This document shows, in pieces, positions 1 through 15,320 of a stretch of DNA of 64,000 bases. Every line of letters begins with the position of its first letter. The stretch's first letter is position 1. Position numbers and translations under genes: made by a program. Location of the stretch: the NCBI RefSeq assembly GCF_057098645.1, contig NZ_CM169472.1; one strand, written 5' to 3'. The notes under the pieces are model-generated. The model was given only the letters and a program-made list of their open reading frames with translations. It ran no database searches and was not told where the DNA came from.

Positions 1-225
1 GACAGACAAAAATAAGATGAATGAGTTTTCTATAAACTTATACTTAATAATTAGAAGTTACATATCATCAGCTGTGTATCGCAACACGATTTCCAGTGTT
101 TTTCTAATCACATCAGCTTTGAGAATATCACTTGTTGTTTCCAGGGAGTGTATCAGACTTAAGATAATATTTTTATTATTAACATTATCGCCTGAAAGCA
201 TTAAATTGGTGACAGCCTGCCCTAA

Positions 226-1421
<1,196 letters not shown>

Positions 1422-1552
1422 CTAACACAGCTGACTCTTCTTCTAACAAATTACCCGAACTGCGAAAGTAACTTGCTAACGCTTTATCAGTTATTGCATT
1501 ATGAATTGTAGTATCTTCAAGCATGGTAACCTCTCATCTTACTTATGAAATT

Positions 1553-1825
1553 TTAATGTATTCTGTTTATTTTCTTACCATTGAACATACTTTTATTGTC
1601 AGCTGTCGCTGTTCTTCGGTTTGGCCCTCCTGAATCACTATTGCTAAAATCACGAATTATGCTGTCAATTAAATCTCGTCGGAAAGCATTTTCCTCAGCC
1701 GATTTCATTACGAGTAATTGCTTAATAAGAGTCTGCACCGAAAAATTTATCTTCATGCGCAGTATCTGGAGCACCGCCTGGCCAGTAATTTCATATTTTA
1801 TACTTTCATTATCAGATGTCTTCAT
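1553..1825 (-). CDS. ymgA: YmgA, small biofilm/RcsB-connector family protein (90 aa)
   Basis: Size, position between ariR and ycgZ, synteny with K-12 ycgZ-ymgA-ariR operon. Confidence 0.75.
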   Translation of the reverse strand: MKTSDNESIKYEITGQAVLQILRMKINFSVQTLIKQLLVMKSAEENAFRRDLIDSIIRDFSNSDSGGPNRRTATADNKSMFNGKKINRIH

Positions 1826-1867
1826 AACGACTTCATAGCTAACCTGTTAAATAATCAGGCTGTTGCA

Positions 1868-2104
1868 TTATTCAAAAAGCAACCCAATTAGTGCATTATA
1901 ATGTTTCTGTTCCTCTTCCCCTGTCGCTTGTTCCAGTCGGCAAAGAAGTTTGGCACAAAGCGACTTTCGACTCAGATTACGTCCATCTTTCAAAATCTCA
2001 GTCACAATTTCCCCGAGAGTTTCCTGCTGAGTAGGCAAGTTAGCTTTTGCAAAGTAACGAGTGATTGCTCCCGCAGAATCTAAAGTCACTGAATTTTGAT
2101 GCAT
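1868..2104 (-). CDS. ycgZ: YcgZ (78 aa)
   Basis: Protein MHQNSVTLDSAGAITRYFAKANL... matches recalled K-12 YcgZ; divergent from bluF. Confidence 0.8.
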   Translation of the reverse strand: MHQNSVTLDSAGAITRYFAKANLPTQQETLGEIVTEILKDGRNLSRKSLCAKLLCRLEQATGEEEQKHYNALIGLLFE

Positions 2105-2417
2105 GCTACGCCTCTGTTAAAAATGTTAATCAATGTTAAGTGAGGTAACAATAGCAAACTTGTACGAAATATGTGTACAGAATGATAAATTAATTTTTTG
2201 CAATTAGTGCTAATGCATATAAAACAATACGTTATGATAAAACATATTGCATCATTTAACTGACAACCTATACAAAAATTTTCGCCAACTCGTGTTCAAC
2301 TTTTTCCATTTTTTATCAATGTAAAGAAACAGTTATGTTTTGGTATTAAAAGAAAGACACCGGAAGATATGTCTGTTACCGTCTTACTCTCGCCTCTCCC
2401 ATTACCCTGGACAGTTA

Positions 2418-3683
2418 ATGCTTACCACCCTTATTTATCGTAGCCATATACGTGACGACGAACCTGTCAAAAAAATCGAAGAAATGGTTTCGATAGCAAA
2501 TCGCAGGAACATGCAGTCTGACGTAACAGGGATCTTACTGTTTAATGGTTCTCATTTTTTCCAGCTTCTGGAAGGTCCGGAAGAACAGGTTAAAATGATA
2601 TATCGGGCTATATGCCAGGATCCACGGCACTATAATATTGTTGAGCTGCTGTGCGATTACGCGCCTGCTCGCCGTTTTGGCAAAGCGGGAATGGAATTAT
2701 TTGATTTACGCCTGCACGAGCGAGATGACGTTTTACAGGCCGTATTCGACAAAGGCACATCAAAATTTCAGCTAACTTATGATGACAGAGCGCTACAATT
2801 TTTTCGTACTTTTGTCCTTGCAACCGAACAATCAACCTATTTCGAGATTCCTGCTGAAGACTCCTGGCTTTTTATCGCTGACGGATCTGATAAAGAACTT
2901 GATTCCTGTACCCTTTCACCAAATATAAACGACCACTTTGCCTTTCATCCTATTGTTGATCCCTTATCGCGGCGGATAATCGCTTTTGAAGCCATTGTGC
3001 AAAAAAATGAAGACAGCCCGTCAGCTATAGCAGTTGGGCAGCGTAAAGACGGGGAAATCTACACAGCGGATCTCAAAAGTAAGGCGCTTGTATTCGCGAT
3101 GGCACACGCACTTGAGCTCGGTGATAAAATGATATCTATCAATCTATTACCTATGACCCTGGTTAACGAGCCTGACGCAGTCTCTTTTTTACTTGATGAA
3201 ATAAAGGCCAATGGTCTGGTGCCTGAACAAATCATCGTTGAATTTACTGAAAGTGAAGTCATATCTCGGTTTGATGAGTTTGCCGAAGCGGTTAAATCGC
3301 TAAAGGCTGCCGGTATCAGTGTAGCAATTGATCATTTTGGCGCAGGTTTTGCTGGTTTGTTACTCCTGTCACGCTTCCAGCCTGACAGAATTAAAATCAG
3401 TCAGGAATTGATTACCAATGTTCATAAAAGCGGACCACGGCAGGCAATTATTCAGGCGATCATAAAATGCTGTACATCACTTGAAATTCAAGTCTCTGCT
3501 ATGGGCGTGGCAACACCAGAAGAGTGGATGTGGCTTGAATCCGCAGGAATTGAGATGTTTCAGGGGGATCTGTTTGCTAAAGCTAAATTGAATGGTATCC
3601 CTTCAGTTGCGTGGCCAGAAAAAAATAATTTTCAGCACATGATTTCAGTAAATCATCGTGAAAATGAATACGTTATGTTTTAA
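2418..3683 (+). CDS. bluF: BluF (YcgF), BLUF-EAL blue-light sensor / BluR anti-repressor
   Basis: Protein from MLTTLIYRSHIRDDEPVKKIEEMVSIANRRNM... matches K-12 BluF; start taken at internal ATG 2418 of the 2340 ORF. Confidence 0.85.
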   Translation: MLTTLIYRSHIRDDEPVKKIEEMVSIANRRNMQSDVTGILLFNGSHFFQLLEGPEEQVKMIYRAICQDPRHYNIVELLCDYAPARRFGKAGMELFDLRLHERDDVLQAVFDKGTSKFQLTYDDRALQFFRTFVLATEQSTYFEIPAEDSWLFIADGSDKELDSCTLSPNINDHFAFHPIVDPLSRRIIAFEAIVQKNEDSPSAIAVGQRKDGEIYTADLKSKALVFAMAHALELGDKMISINLLPMTLVNEPDAVSFLLDEIKANGLVPEQIIVEFTESEVISRFDEFAEAVKSLKAAGISVAIDHFGAGFAGLLLLSRFQPDRIKISQELITNVHKSGPRQAIIQAIIKCCTSLEIQVSAMGVATPEEWMWLESAGIEMFQGDLFAKAKLNGIPSVAWPEKNNFQHMISVNHRENEYVMF

Positions 3684-3822
3684 TTTAATCCACATTAAAA
3701 ATAATGTTTCATCCAATTTAGCTGAAATCTTATTTATACTTTGTACAATTTTAGCGTATATTGTACAAAGTATTATTGGGTCGTGTACAGGCGACGGAGA
3801 TTTGTGACCGCAAGGAGGAATT

Positions 3823-4554
3823 GTGGCTTATTACAGCATTGGTGATGTTGCTGAACGTTGCGGGATTAATCCTGTCACTCTCCGGGCCTGGCAACGCCGC
3901 TACGGTTTGTTAAAACCACAGCGCAGTGAAGGCGGACACCGACTCTTTGATGAAGAAGACATACAACGTATCGAAGAGATCAAGCGTTGGATAAGTAATG
4001 GCGTCCCTGTAGGCAAAGTTAAAGCATTACTGGAAACCACCAGCCAGGATACGGAAGATGACTGGAGCCGCTTGCAAGAAGAGATGATGTCAATTCTTCG
4101 TATGGCTAATCCTGCCAAACTACGCGCGAGAATTATTTCACTGGGTCGAGAGTACCCAGTAGATCAATTGATTAATCATGTTTACCTTCCTGTTCGCCAG
4201 CGTCTCGTGCTTGATCACAACACCTCCCGCATTATGAGCAGTATGTTTGACGGCGCACTAATTGAATACGCAGCAGCCTCGCTTTTCGAAATGCGCCGTA
4301 AGCCCGGTAAAGAAGCCATTCTGATGGCATGGAATGTTGAAGAGAGAGCACGATTGTGGCTGGAAGCATGGCGTTTATCATTGTCAGGATGGCACATTTC
4401 TGTTCTTGCTGATCCCATTGAATCGCCGCGCCCGGAACTGTTCCCGACGCAAACATTGATTGTCTGGACAGGCATGGCACCAACGAGAAGGCAAAACGAA
4501 CTTTTACAACACTGGGGTGAGCAAGGTTATAAAGTCATCTTTCATGCCCCCTAA
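3823..4554 (+). CDS. bluR: BluR (YcgE), MerR-family repressor
   Basis: N-terminal Mer[36 protein letters not shown]; synteny. Confidence 0.85.
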   Translation: MAYYSIGDVAERCGINPVTLRAWQRRYGLLKPQRSEGGHRLFDEEDIQRIEEIKRWISNGVPVGKVKALLETTSQDTEDDWSRLQEEMMSILRMANPAKLRARIISLGREYPVDQLINHVYLPVRQRLVLDHNTSRIMSSMFDGALIEYAAASLFEMRRKPGKEAILMAWNVEERARLWLEAWRLSLSGWHISVLADPIESPRPELFPTQTLIVWTGMAPTRRQNELLQHWGEQGYKVIFHAP

Positions 4555-4774
4555 TTTCACCTTTATCCCGCCCCTTAGACAGAATGTTATAATCTGAACC
4601 CACAACAGCATTTGTACCGGAGCTGGTCCGTTGCAAAATGCTCACCGGGAGAATTCAGGTAATCCCTCTATCACACTCTGTACATATCACAGCCAAAGGA
4701 CAGACCAGATTGAAGTGGTAAAACCGATCGTGCACACTACGCAGTCTCACAACTAACAAGAGGTTATTATCCTG

Positions 4775-5179
4775 ATGGATCAGGTCGTTGTTTTTCAAAA
4801 GATGTTTGAGCAAGTGAGAAAAGAGCAAAACTTCTCCTGGTTTTATTCAGAATTAAAACATCACCGTATTGCACATTACATTTATTATCTGGCTACGGAT
4901 AACATCAGAATTATTACTCACGATGACACGGTTTTGTTATTAAGAGGAACCAGGAACCTGTTAAAAGTTAGTACGACCAAGAACCCTGCTAAAATAAAAG
5001 AGGCCGCATTGCTTCATATTTGCGGAAAATCTACATTTCGGGAATACTGTTCAACACTGGCAGACGCGGGCGTTTTCCGTTGGGTTACTGATGTTAATCA
5101 TAACAAACGCAGTTACTACGCCATTGATAATACGCTTTTATATATTGAAGATGTAGAAAATAATAAACCATTAATCTAG
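4775..5179 (+). CDS. ycgX: YcgX (DUF1398 family, 134 aa)
   Basis: Synteny and size; protein resembles K-12 YcgX. Confidence 0.7.
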   Translation: MDQVVVFQKMFEQVRKEQNFSWFYSELKHHRIAHYIYYLATDNIRIITHDDTVLLLRGTRNLLKVSTTKNPAKIKEAALLHICGKSTFREYCSTLADAGVFRWVTDVNHNKRSYYAIDNTLLYIEDVENNKPLI

Positions 5180-5874
5180 CTAAAGTTGGATGCTTAAGAA
5201 ATGCTTCATAATTCAGTAAGGCATTAGCATAATGGGAATAAAAGTACAGAGACTATCCCTATGGATGATAAATACTGTCCTTTTATTGCTACCCATAAAT
5301 AATCACCAGGCCAATACTATCAAATTGATATTTGAAATGTGATCACTTGACTTTCTATACGTTATTTTATAACGGTTAACATATTTATAAAACCAACGGG
5401 CGTGCCATACGCCCGTTTTAATACTTAACGCACATGTGTTTTGGTTTAGTCATCATCCAGTTATATGTATTTTAGCCAGGAACAGGTTAAACCTTTCCTA
5501 TATAACTCAAAAATTGAAACCTTATTCTCATGTCATGCTTATATTCATTATTATCGTTATATAAAAAGGCAACCATAATGTTTAGCAAATTGGCACAAAG
5601 TAGCATAAAGGCGATGTTTTAATTACAGGATGTTCAGTCATTTGAATGTATAACATTATAGCTAAACAAATCTAAAACGAAGTGAATAATTTATTGTTTT
5701 CACTAAATCTCATTTTGTTTAACATCCATTGAGATTCCTTGCTTTAAATTTTGTTTTATATAAGCAATCGTTTTAATTAATTTATTTTTTGAAGGGGTAA
5801 TATACTCATATGCAAAATAAAGAAATGAACATCCAAATGAACTATATTAAATACCGTGGGATAAGACATAACAA

Positions 5875-6198
5875 ATGAAGTGGGTAGTAATTGACACGGT
5901 CATTCAACCTACATGCGGCATATCTTTTTCAGCCATATGGGGTGATATGAAAATGATCATCTGGTATCAATCTACTATATTTCTTCCTCCTGGAAGTATA
6001 TTTACACCTGTTAAGCCTGGTATTATCCTTAAGGATAAAGAATATCCTATTACTATTTATAACATTGCGCCATTCAACAAGAATTTATGGAGTTTACTCA
6101 AAAGCAGTCAAGAGTGTCCTCCAGGAGAAAGCGAAATAACAAATAAATGTTTGCATAAGAGTTGTATTATAAAAATATGCCCATATGGGCTCAAGTAA
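5875..6198 (+). CDS. iraM: IraM, anti-adaptor protecting RpoS from RssB (107 aa)
   Basis: Protein [41 protein letters not shown]... about 90 percent identical to recalled K-12 IraM; AT-rich context. Confidence 0.8.
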   Translation: MKWVVIDTVIQPTCGISFSAIWGDMKMIIWYQSTIFLPPGSIFTPVKPGIILKDKEYPITIYNIAPFNKNLWSLLKSSQECPPGESEITNKCLHKSCIIKICPYGLK

Positions 6199-6300
6199 TA
6201 GGTTTTATATAAATATGCTCGATATGCTATTAATAATATCCACATAAATAAAACAACGGGCGTGTTATACGCCCGTTTAAATATTTAACACATGTAGAGA

Positions 6301-7551
6301 TTACATGTTCTTGATGATCGCATCACCAAACTCTGAACATTTCAGCAGTTTAGCGCCTTCCATCAGACGTTCGAAGTCATAGGTTACGGTCTTCGCGTTG
6401 ATTGCGCCTTCCATACCTTTAACAATCAGGTCAGCCGCTTCAGTCCAGCCCATATGGCGTAACATCATCTCAGCAGAGAGAATAATAGAGCCTGGGTTAA
6501 CTTTGTCCTGACCGGCATATTTCGGCGCAGTACCGTGGGTAGCTTCAAACAGGGCGCATTCGTCACCGATGTTTGCGCCAGGGGCGATACCGATACCGCC
6601 AACCTGCGCTGCCAGGGCGTCAGAAATGTAGTCACCGTTCAGGTTCATACAGGCGATAACATCATATTCAGCCGGACGCAGCAGGATCTGTTGCAGGAAT
6701 GCATCAGCAATCACGTCTTTAATGACGATCTCTTTGCCGGTATTCGGGTTTTTAACTTTCAGCCACGGGCCGCCGTCGATCAGTTCACCGCCAAACTCTT
6801 CACGCGCCAGCTGGTAGCCCCAGTCTTTAAACGCGCCTTCGGTGAACTTCATGATGTTGCCTTTGTGCACCAGAGTCACAGAGTCACGATCGTTAGCAAT
6901 TGCGTATTCGATCGCTGCACGAACCAGACGTTTGGTGCCTTCTTCCGAACACGGCTTAATACCGATACCACAATGTTCCGGGAAGCGAATTTTCTTCACG
7001 CCCATCTCTTCACGCAGGAATTTAATCACTTTCTCGGCGTCGGCAGAGTCAGCTTTCCATTCGATACCCGCATAAATGTCTTCCGAGTTTTCACGGAAGA
7101 TAACCATATCGGTCAGTTCAGGGTGTTTAACCGGGCTTGGGGTGCCCTGATAGTAACGTACCGGACGCAGGCAGGTGTAGAGATCCAGTTCCTGGCGCAG
7201 GGCAACGTTCAGAGAGCGAATACCGCCACCAACCGGAGTGGTCAGCGGGCCTTTAATGGCAACGCGATATTCACGAATCAGATCAAGGGTTTCAGCAGGC
7301 AGCCAGACATCCTGACCATAAACCTGTGTGGATTTTTCACCGGTGTAAATTTCCATCCAGGAGATTTTACGCTCGCCTTTATAGGCTTTCTCGACTGCAG
7401 CGTCGACCACTTTCAGCATGGCTGGGGTTACATCTACACCGATTCCATCACCTTCAATGTAAGGGATAATCGGATTTTCAGGAACGTTGAGTTTGCCGTT
7501 TTGCAGGGTGATCTTCTTGCCTTGTGCCGGAACAACTACTTTACTTTCCAT
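6301..7551 (-). CDS. icd: Isocitrate dehydrogenase (NADP), 416 aa
   Basis: Protein [45 protein letters not shown]...; full-length with native 3-prime end, no e14 junction. Confidence 0.95.
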   Translation of the reverse strand: MESKVVVPAQGKKITLQNGKLNVPENPIIPYIEGDGIGVDVTPAMLKVVDAAVEKAYKGERKISWMEIYTGEKSTQVYGQDVWLPAETLDLIREYRVAIKGPLTTPVGGGIRSLNVALRQELDLYTCLRPVRYYQGTPSPVKHPELTDMVIFRENSEDIYAGIEWKADSADAEKVIKFLREEMGVKKIRFPEHCGIGIKPCSEEGTKRLVRAAIEYAIANDRDSVTLVHKGNIMKFTEGAFKDWGYQLAREEFGGELIDGGPWLKVKNPNTGKEIVIKDVIADAFLQQILLRPAEYDVIACMNLNGDYISDALAAQVGGIGIAPGANIGDECALFEATHGTAPKYAGQDKVNPGSIILSAEMMLRHMGWTEAADLIVKGMEGAINAKTVTYDFERLMEGAKLLKCSEFGDAIIKNM

Positions 7552-7722
7552 TCACCTCTCCTTCGAGCGCTACTGGTTTGCTCGTCTGCCACCACGTTGC
7601 ATATGCGTTTGCGTCCTGCGATACGGATGCTTTAGAGCAATTTTTTGTTAATGATTTGTAATTGGCTTGTCAATACTACCCTATTGTTTGCCGTCATGAA
7701 AGATGCGCGTTATTAGGCTATA

Positions 7723-8376
7723 ATGCGGCAATTCATAATCTCTGAAAATACCATGCAAAAAACTTCTTTTAGAAATCACCAGGTTAAGCGATTCAGCTCG
7801 CAACGTTCTACCAGGCGTAAACCTGAAAACCAGCCCACGCGTGTGATCCTGTTCAATAAACCCTACGATGTTCTTCCGCAGTTCACCGATGAAGCCGGAC
7901 GCAAAACATTAAAAGAATTCATCCCGGTTCAGGGCGTTTATGCAGCAGGTCGTCTTGACAGAGATAGCGAAGGATTATTGGTGCTGACCAATAATGGTGC
8001 ACTACAGGCGCGTTTAACCCAGCCAGGCAAACGCACTGGAAAAATCTATTATGTGCAGGTGGAAGGCATTCCCACACAAGACGCACTTGAAGCCTTGCGC
8101 AATGGCGTAACCTTAAATGATGGCCCTACCCTGCCCGCCGGCGCGGAGCTGGTTGACGAACCCGCGTGGTTATGGCCGCGGAATCCACCAATTCGTGAAC
8201 GCAAAAGTATTCCCACCAGCTGGCTGAAGATCACCTTATATGAAGGACGTAATCGCCAGGTGCGCCGCATGACCGCCCATGTTGGTTTCCCCACGCTGCG
8301 ACTGATTCGTTATGCGATGGGTGATTACACTTTGGATAATCTTGCTAATGGCGAATGGCGAGAAGTGACAGATTAA
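7723..8376 (+). CDS. rluE: 23S rRNA pseudouridine(2457) synthase RluE
   Basis: RsuA/RluE family motifs ([17 protein letters not shown]); synteny next to icd. Confidence 0.85.
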
Positions 8377-8386
8377 GGATGCAAAA

Positions 8387-10008
<1,622 letters not shown>

Positions 10009-10043
10009 TTATTATCTTTACTTAAAACAAGGAAGCAGTGAAC

Positions 10044-10685
10044 GTGGCAAAGAATTACTATGACATCACCCTCGCCCTGGCCGGTATTTGTCAGTCGGCA
10101 CGCCTGGTGCAACAACTCGCTCACCAGGGGCATTGTGATGCCGATGCGCTACACGTCTCACTCAACAGTATTATTGATATGAACCCCAGCTCGACGCTGG
10201 CGGTTTTTGGCGGTAGCGAAGCCAACCTGCGCGTCGGGCTGGAAACCTTGCTCGGCGTGCTCAATGCCAGCAGTCGCCAGGGCTTAAACGCCGAATTAAC
10301 CCGCTACACACTCAGCCTGATGGTGCTTGAGCGCAAACTCTCCTCAGCGAAAGGTGCGCTCGACACTCTGGGCAACCGGATCAACGGCCTGCAACGCCAG
10401 CTCGAACACTTCGATTTACAGTCCGAAACGCTGATGAGCGCGATGGCTGCTATCTATGTTGATGTGATCAGCCCGCTTGGCCCGCGTATTCAGGTCACCG
10501 GTTCCCCTGCAGTACTGCAAAGCCCACAAGTGCAGGCGAAAGTTCGCGCAACCCTGCTGGCAGGCATTCGCGCCGCCGTGCTCTGGCACCAGGTCGGCGG
10601 CGGACGTCTGCAACTGATGTTTTCTCGTAATCGCCTGACCACTCAGGCAAAACAAATTCTTGCTCATTTAACTCCGGAGTTGTGA
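10044..10685 (+). CDS. hflD: HflD, lysogenization regulator
   Basis: Protein [28 protein letters not shown]...; likely GTG start at 10044. Confidence 0.85.
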   Translation: MAKNYYDITLALAGICQSARLVQQLAHQGHCDADALHVSLNSIIDMNPSSTLAVFGGSEANLRVGLETLLGVLNASSRQGLNAELTRYTLSLMVLERKLSSAKGALDTLGNRINGLQRQLEHFDLQSETLMSAMAAIYVDVISPLGPRIQVTGSPAVLQSPQVQAKVRATLLAGIRAAVLWHQVGGGRLQLMFSRNRLTTQAKQILAHLTPEL

Positions 10686-12059
<1,374 letters not shown>

Positions 12060-12070
12060 ACTCGTATCAG

Positions 12071-12096
12071 TGCCGGATGGCGATGCTGTCCGGCCT
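12071..12096. repeat. REP-like extragenic palindrome downstream of purB
   Basis: TGCCGGATGGCGATGCTGTCCGGCCT resembles the E. coli REP consensus. Confidence 0.4.
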
Positions 12097-12150
12097 GCTT
12101 ATTAAGATTATCCGCTTTTTATTTTTTCACTTTACCTCCCCTCCCCCGCT

Positions 12151-12167
12151 GGTTTATTTAATGTTTA
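12151..12167 (+). promoter_or_regulatory. PhoP box (direct repeat GGTTTA-N5-TGTTTA) in the phoP promoter
   Basis: GGTTTATTTAATGTTTA about 60 bp upstream of the phoP start; matches the known PhoP binding consensus. Confidence 0.6.
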
Positions 12168-12227
12168 CCCCCATAACCACATAATCGCGTTACACTATTT
12201 TAATAATTAAGACAGGGAGAAATAAAA

Positions 12228-12899
12228 ATGCGCGTACTGGTTGTTGAAGACAATGCGTTGTTACGTCACCACCTTAAAGTTCAGATTCAGGATGCTGGTC
12301 ATCAGGTCGATGATGCAGAAGATGCCAAAGAAGCCGATTATTATCTCAATGAACATTTACCGGATATTGCGATTGTCGATCTCGGATTGCCAGACGAGGA
12401 CGGTCTGTCACTGATTCGCCGCTGGCGTAGCAATGATGTTTCACTGCCGATTCTGGTATTAACCGCCCGTGAAAGCTGGCAGGACAAAGTCGAAGTATTA
12501 AGTGCCGGTGCTGATGATTACGTGACTAAACCGTTTCATATTGAAGAGGTGATGGCGCGAATGCAGGCATTAATGCGGCGTAATAGCGGCCTGGCTTCAC
12601 AGGTCATTTCGCTCCCCCCGTTTCAGGTTGATCTCTCTCGCCGTGAATTATCTATTAATGACGAAGTGATCAAACTGACCGCGTTCGAATACACCATTAT
12701 GGAAACGTTGATACGCAATAATGGCAAAGTGGTGAGCAAAGATTCGTTAATGCTCCAACTCTATCCGGATGCGGAGCTGCGGGAAAGCCATACCATTGAT
12801 GTACTGATGGGACGTCTGCGCAAAAAAATTCAGGCACAATATCCCCAAGAAGTGATTACCACCGTTCGCGGCCAGGGCTATCTGTTCGAATTGCGCTGA
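12228..12899 (+). CDS. phoP: Response regulator PhoP (223 aa)
   Basis: OmpR-family receiver and winged helix; overlaps phoQ start (ATGA). Confidence 0.95.
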   Translation: MRVLVVEDNALLRHHLKVQIQDAGHQVDDAEDAKEADYYLNEHLPDIAIVDLGLPDEDGLSLIRRWRSNDVSLPILVLTARESWQDKVEVLSAGADDYVTKPFHIEEVMARMQALMRRNSGLASQVISLPPFQVDLSRRELSINDEVIKLTAFEYTIMETLIRNNGKVVSKDSLMLQLYPDAELRESHTIDVLMGRLRKKIQAQYPQEVITTVRGQGYLFELR

Positions 12900-14359
12900 T
12901 GAAAAAATTACTGCGTCTTTTTTTCCCGCTCTCGCTGCGGGTACGTTTTCTGTTGGCAACGGCAGCGGTAGTACTGGTGCTTTCGCTTGCCTACGGAATG
13001 GTCGCGCTGATCGGTTATAGCGTCAGTTTCGATAAAACTACGTTTCGGCTGTTACGTGGCGAGAGCAATCTGTTCTATACCCTTGCGAAGTGGGAAAACA
13101 ATAAGTTGCATGTCGAGTTACCCGAAAATATCGACAAGCAAAGCCCCACCATGACGCTAATTTATGATGAGAACGGGCAGCTTTTATGGGCGCAACGTGA
13201 CGTGCCCTGGCTGATGAAGATGATCCAGCCTGACTGGCTGAAATCGAATGGTTTTCATGAAATTGAAGCGGATGTTAACGATACCAGCCTCTTGCTGAGT
13301 GGAGATCATTCGATACAGCAACAGTTGCAGGAAGTGCGGGAAGATGATGACGACGCGGAGATGACCCACTCGGTGGCGGTAAACGTCTACCCGGCAACAT
13401 CGCGGATGCCAAAGTTAACCATTGTGGTGGTGGATACCATTCCGGTGGAGCTAAAAAGTTCCTATATGGTCTGGAGCTGGTTTATCTATGTGCTCTCAGC
13501 CAATCTGCTGTTAGTGATCCCGCTGCTGTGGGTCGCCGCCTGGTGGAGTTTACGCCCCATCGAAGCCCTGGCAAAAGAAGTCCGCGAACTGGAAGAACAT
13601 AACCGCGAATTGCTCAATCCAGCCACAACGCGAGAACTGACCAGTCTGGTACGAAACCTGAACCGATTGTTAAAAAGCGAACGCGAACGTTACGACAAAT
13701 ACCGTACAACGCTCACCGACCTGACCCATAGTCTGAAAACGCCACTGGCGGTGCTGCAAAGTACGCTGCGTTCTCTGCGTAGTGAAAAGATGAGCGTCAG
13801 TGATGCTGAACCGGTAATGCTGGAGCAAATCAGCCGCATTTCACAGCAAATTGGCTACTACCTGCATCGTGCCAGTATGCGCGGCGGGACATTGCTCAGC
13901 CGCGAGCTGCATCCGGTCGCCCCACTGCTGGACAATCTCACCTCGGCGCTGAACAAAGTGTATCAACGCAAAGGGGTCAATATCTCTCTCGATATTTCGC
14001 CAGAGATCAGCTTTGTCGGTGAGCAGAACGATTTTGTCGAGGTGATGGGCAATGTGCTGGATAATGCCTGTAAATATTGCCTCGAGTTTGTCGAAATTTC
14101 TGCAAGGCAAACCGACGAGCATCTCTATATTGTGGTCGAGGATGATGGACCCGGTATTCCATTAAGCAAGCGAGAGGTCATTTTCGACCGTGGTCAACGG
14201 GTTGATACTTTACGCCCTGGGCAAGGTGTGGGGCTGGCGGTAGCCCGCGAAATCACCGAGCAATATGAGGGTAAAATCGTCGCCGGAGAGTGCATGCTGG
14301 GCGGTGCGCGGATGGAGGTGATTTTTGGTCGCCAGCATTCTGCGCCGAAAGATGAATAA
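12899..14359 (+). CDS. phoQ: Sensor histidine kinase PhoQ (486 aa)
   Basis: Full-length PhoQ-like protein with periplasmic sensor, HAMP and HisKA/HATPase domains. Confidence 0.95.
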   Translation: MKKLLRLFFPLSLRVRFLLATAAVVLVLSLAYGMVALIGYSVSFDKTTFRLLRGESNLFYTLAKWENNKLHVELPENIDKQSPTMTLIYDENGQLLWAQRDVPWLMKMIQPDWLKSNGFHEIEADVNDTSLLLSGDHSIQQQLQEVREDDDDAEMTHSVAVNVYPATSRMPKLTIVVVDTIPVELKSSYMVWSWFIYVLSANLLLVIPLLWVAAWWSLRPIEALAKEVRELEEHNRELLNPATTRELTSLVRNLNRLLKSERERYDKYRTTLTDLTHSLKTPLAVLQSTLRSLRSEKMSVSDAEPVMLEQISRISQQIGYYLHRASMRGGTLLSRELHPVAPLLDNLTSALNKVYQRKGVNISLDISPEISFVGEQNDFVEVMGNVLDNACKYCLEFVEISARQTDEHLYIVVEDDGPGIPLSKREVIFDRGQRVDTLRPGQGVGLAVAREITEQYEGKIVAGECMLGGARMEVIFGRQHSAPKDE

Positions 14360-14443
14360 ATATGTCCTTTTATCACTATACCAAGTCAAGTCATTGATTT
14401 AATTAAACAATTATCATTGAAAAAGTGCCAAAAATCGCAAATT

Positions 14444-14508
14444 GACTACACCATTAACTACACCGTTCGGTGCACTGTATGAAACAACGTGGAACAAATA
14501 GACACAAG
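14444..14508 (+). promoter_or_regulatory. Left-arm repeat cluster: GACTACACC, AACTACACC, then GAAACAACGTGGAACAAATAGACACAAG
   Basis: Near-identical arrangement found upstream of int at 32445-32510; candidate integrase arm-type and accessory-factor binding sites. Confidence 0.4.
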
Positions 14509-14572
14509 AAATATACAGGCGGGTAATCTTTCCAGGGGGAAGCGCACCAATTCATGAGGGGCGTTAATGTCG

Positions 14573-14615
14573 ATATGGGGATCCCCATAACGGGGCTACC
14601 GGATTTTTTTTCCGG
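14573..14615. repeat. Two perfect palindromes (TATGGGGATCCCCATA and CCGGATTTTTTTTCCGG) in the island left-end non-coding region
   Basis: Read directly from the sequence. Confidence 0.5.
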
Positions 14616-14874
14616 TTAACATTTAATCAGGCTGGTGGGTTTTACATACCCTTGATCACCGTAATGATGATCCAGATGTGCACCTTTTCCACCAATGGCG
14701 GAAAAGCTCCAACCGTAACGATGATCGCTATGGTTGCCTCGATGGTCTGCGTGGTCATTATGACCATTCAGCCAGTGACCTTAATCAGAATTTTTCGCTA
14801 AAAAATGACGTTGGCCACGTCATCCTGATAGCACAAAATCACGTCGATTTTTAATGAACGGTTAAACCGTCTTT

Positions 14875-14915
14875 TTGTCACGGTGTGTCACTGGTTGTCA
14901 CTCTCCGTCACGATT
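14875..14915. repeat. Four closely spaced GTCAC repeats (TGTCACGG, TGTCACTGG, TGTCACTCT, CGTCACGAT)
   Basis: Direct repeats about 110 bp downstream of the last packaging-operon gene; candidate TerS-binding/cos-pac or operator array. Confidence 0.35.
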
Positions 14916-15025
14916 GAGGTGGTGGTCATTCTGCCCGACCGCGCATTTTTGCGCTATCGGGAATATAAAACAGTTACCGCCGTCAGCTACCCAGCTCAGA
15001 ATTGAGCCGCCTTTTAATCAACAAG

Positions 15026-15307
15026 TTACCGCCGTAACCGCTCCGGCTTCTTCCAGTGGTACGTTATTTTCGCCTTCTCCCGATACAGTTCAACGCGGCG
15101 ATTGTAGGCCAGCATTTCCAGAACGCGGATCCGTATGTCGCGCATATCCGCATCATTAAGCTGGATACCATCACGGCGCATCACCTCAGCAACAACACGC
15201 GCATAATTTTCGGCTGTCACGCTGTCCGGCTGCGTGGTCTGTTCGTCAGCCTGCTGGCTGATTCCAGAGACGCGGCGGATTAATCGCAGTATTTCTGCTT
15301 CTGTCAT
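15026..15307 (-). CDS. Hypothetical protein (93 aa) downstream of terL
   Basis: ORF with GAGG Shine-Dalgarno 8 nt upstream, 14 nt after the terL stop. Confidence 0.55.
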   Translation of the reverse strand: MTEAEILRLIRRVSGISQQADEQTTQPDSVTAENYARVVAEVMRRDGIQLNDADMRDIRIRVLEMLAYNRRVELYREKAKITYHWKKPERLRR

Positions 15308-15320
15308 GCTGCTGACCTCA

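Noticed and set aside
6199-6300. e14 prophage or its remnant at icd
   Set aside because: icd has a native 3-prime end and only about 100 bp separates it from iraM; no e14 genes (lit, pin, mcrA, stf) anywhere in the window.
6535-7635. 366-aa plus-strand ORF
   Set aside because: Lies entirely antisense to icd, which is a confidently identified conserved gene; shadow ORF in GC-rich coding sequence.
14650-14800. His-rich reading frame (GHWLNGHNDHADHRGNHSDHRYG...) on the minus strand
   Set aside because: Preceded directly by a stop codon with no ATG/GTG/TTG start; more likely an effect of the repeated GATGATC sequence than a metal-binding peptide gene.
14875-15159. 94-aa plus-strand ORF
   Set aside because: Begins in the GTCAC repeat array and runs antisense to the 93-aa gene that has a proper ribosome-binding site.
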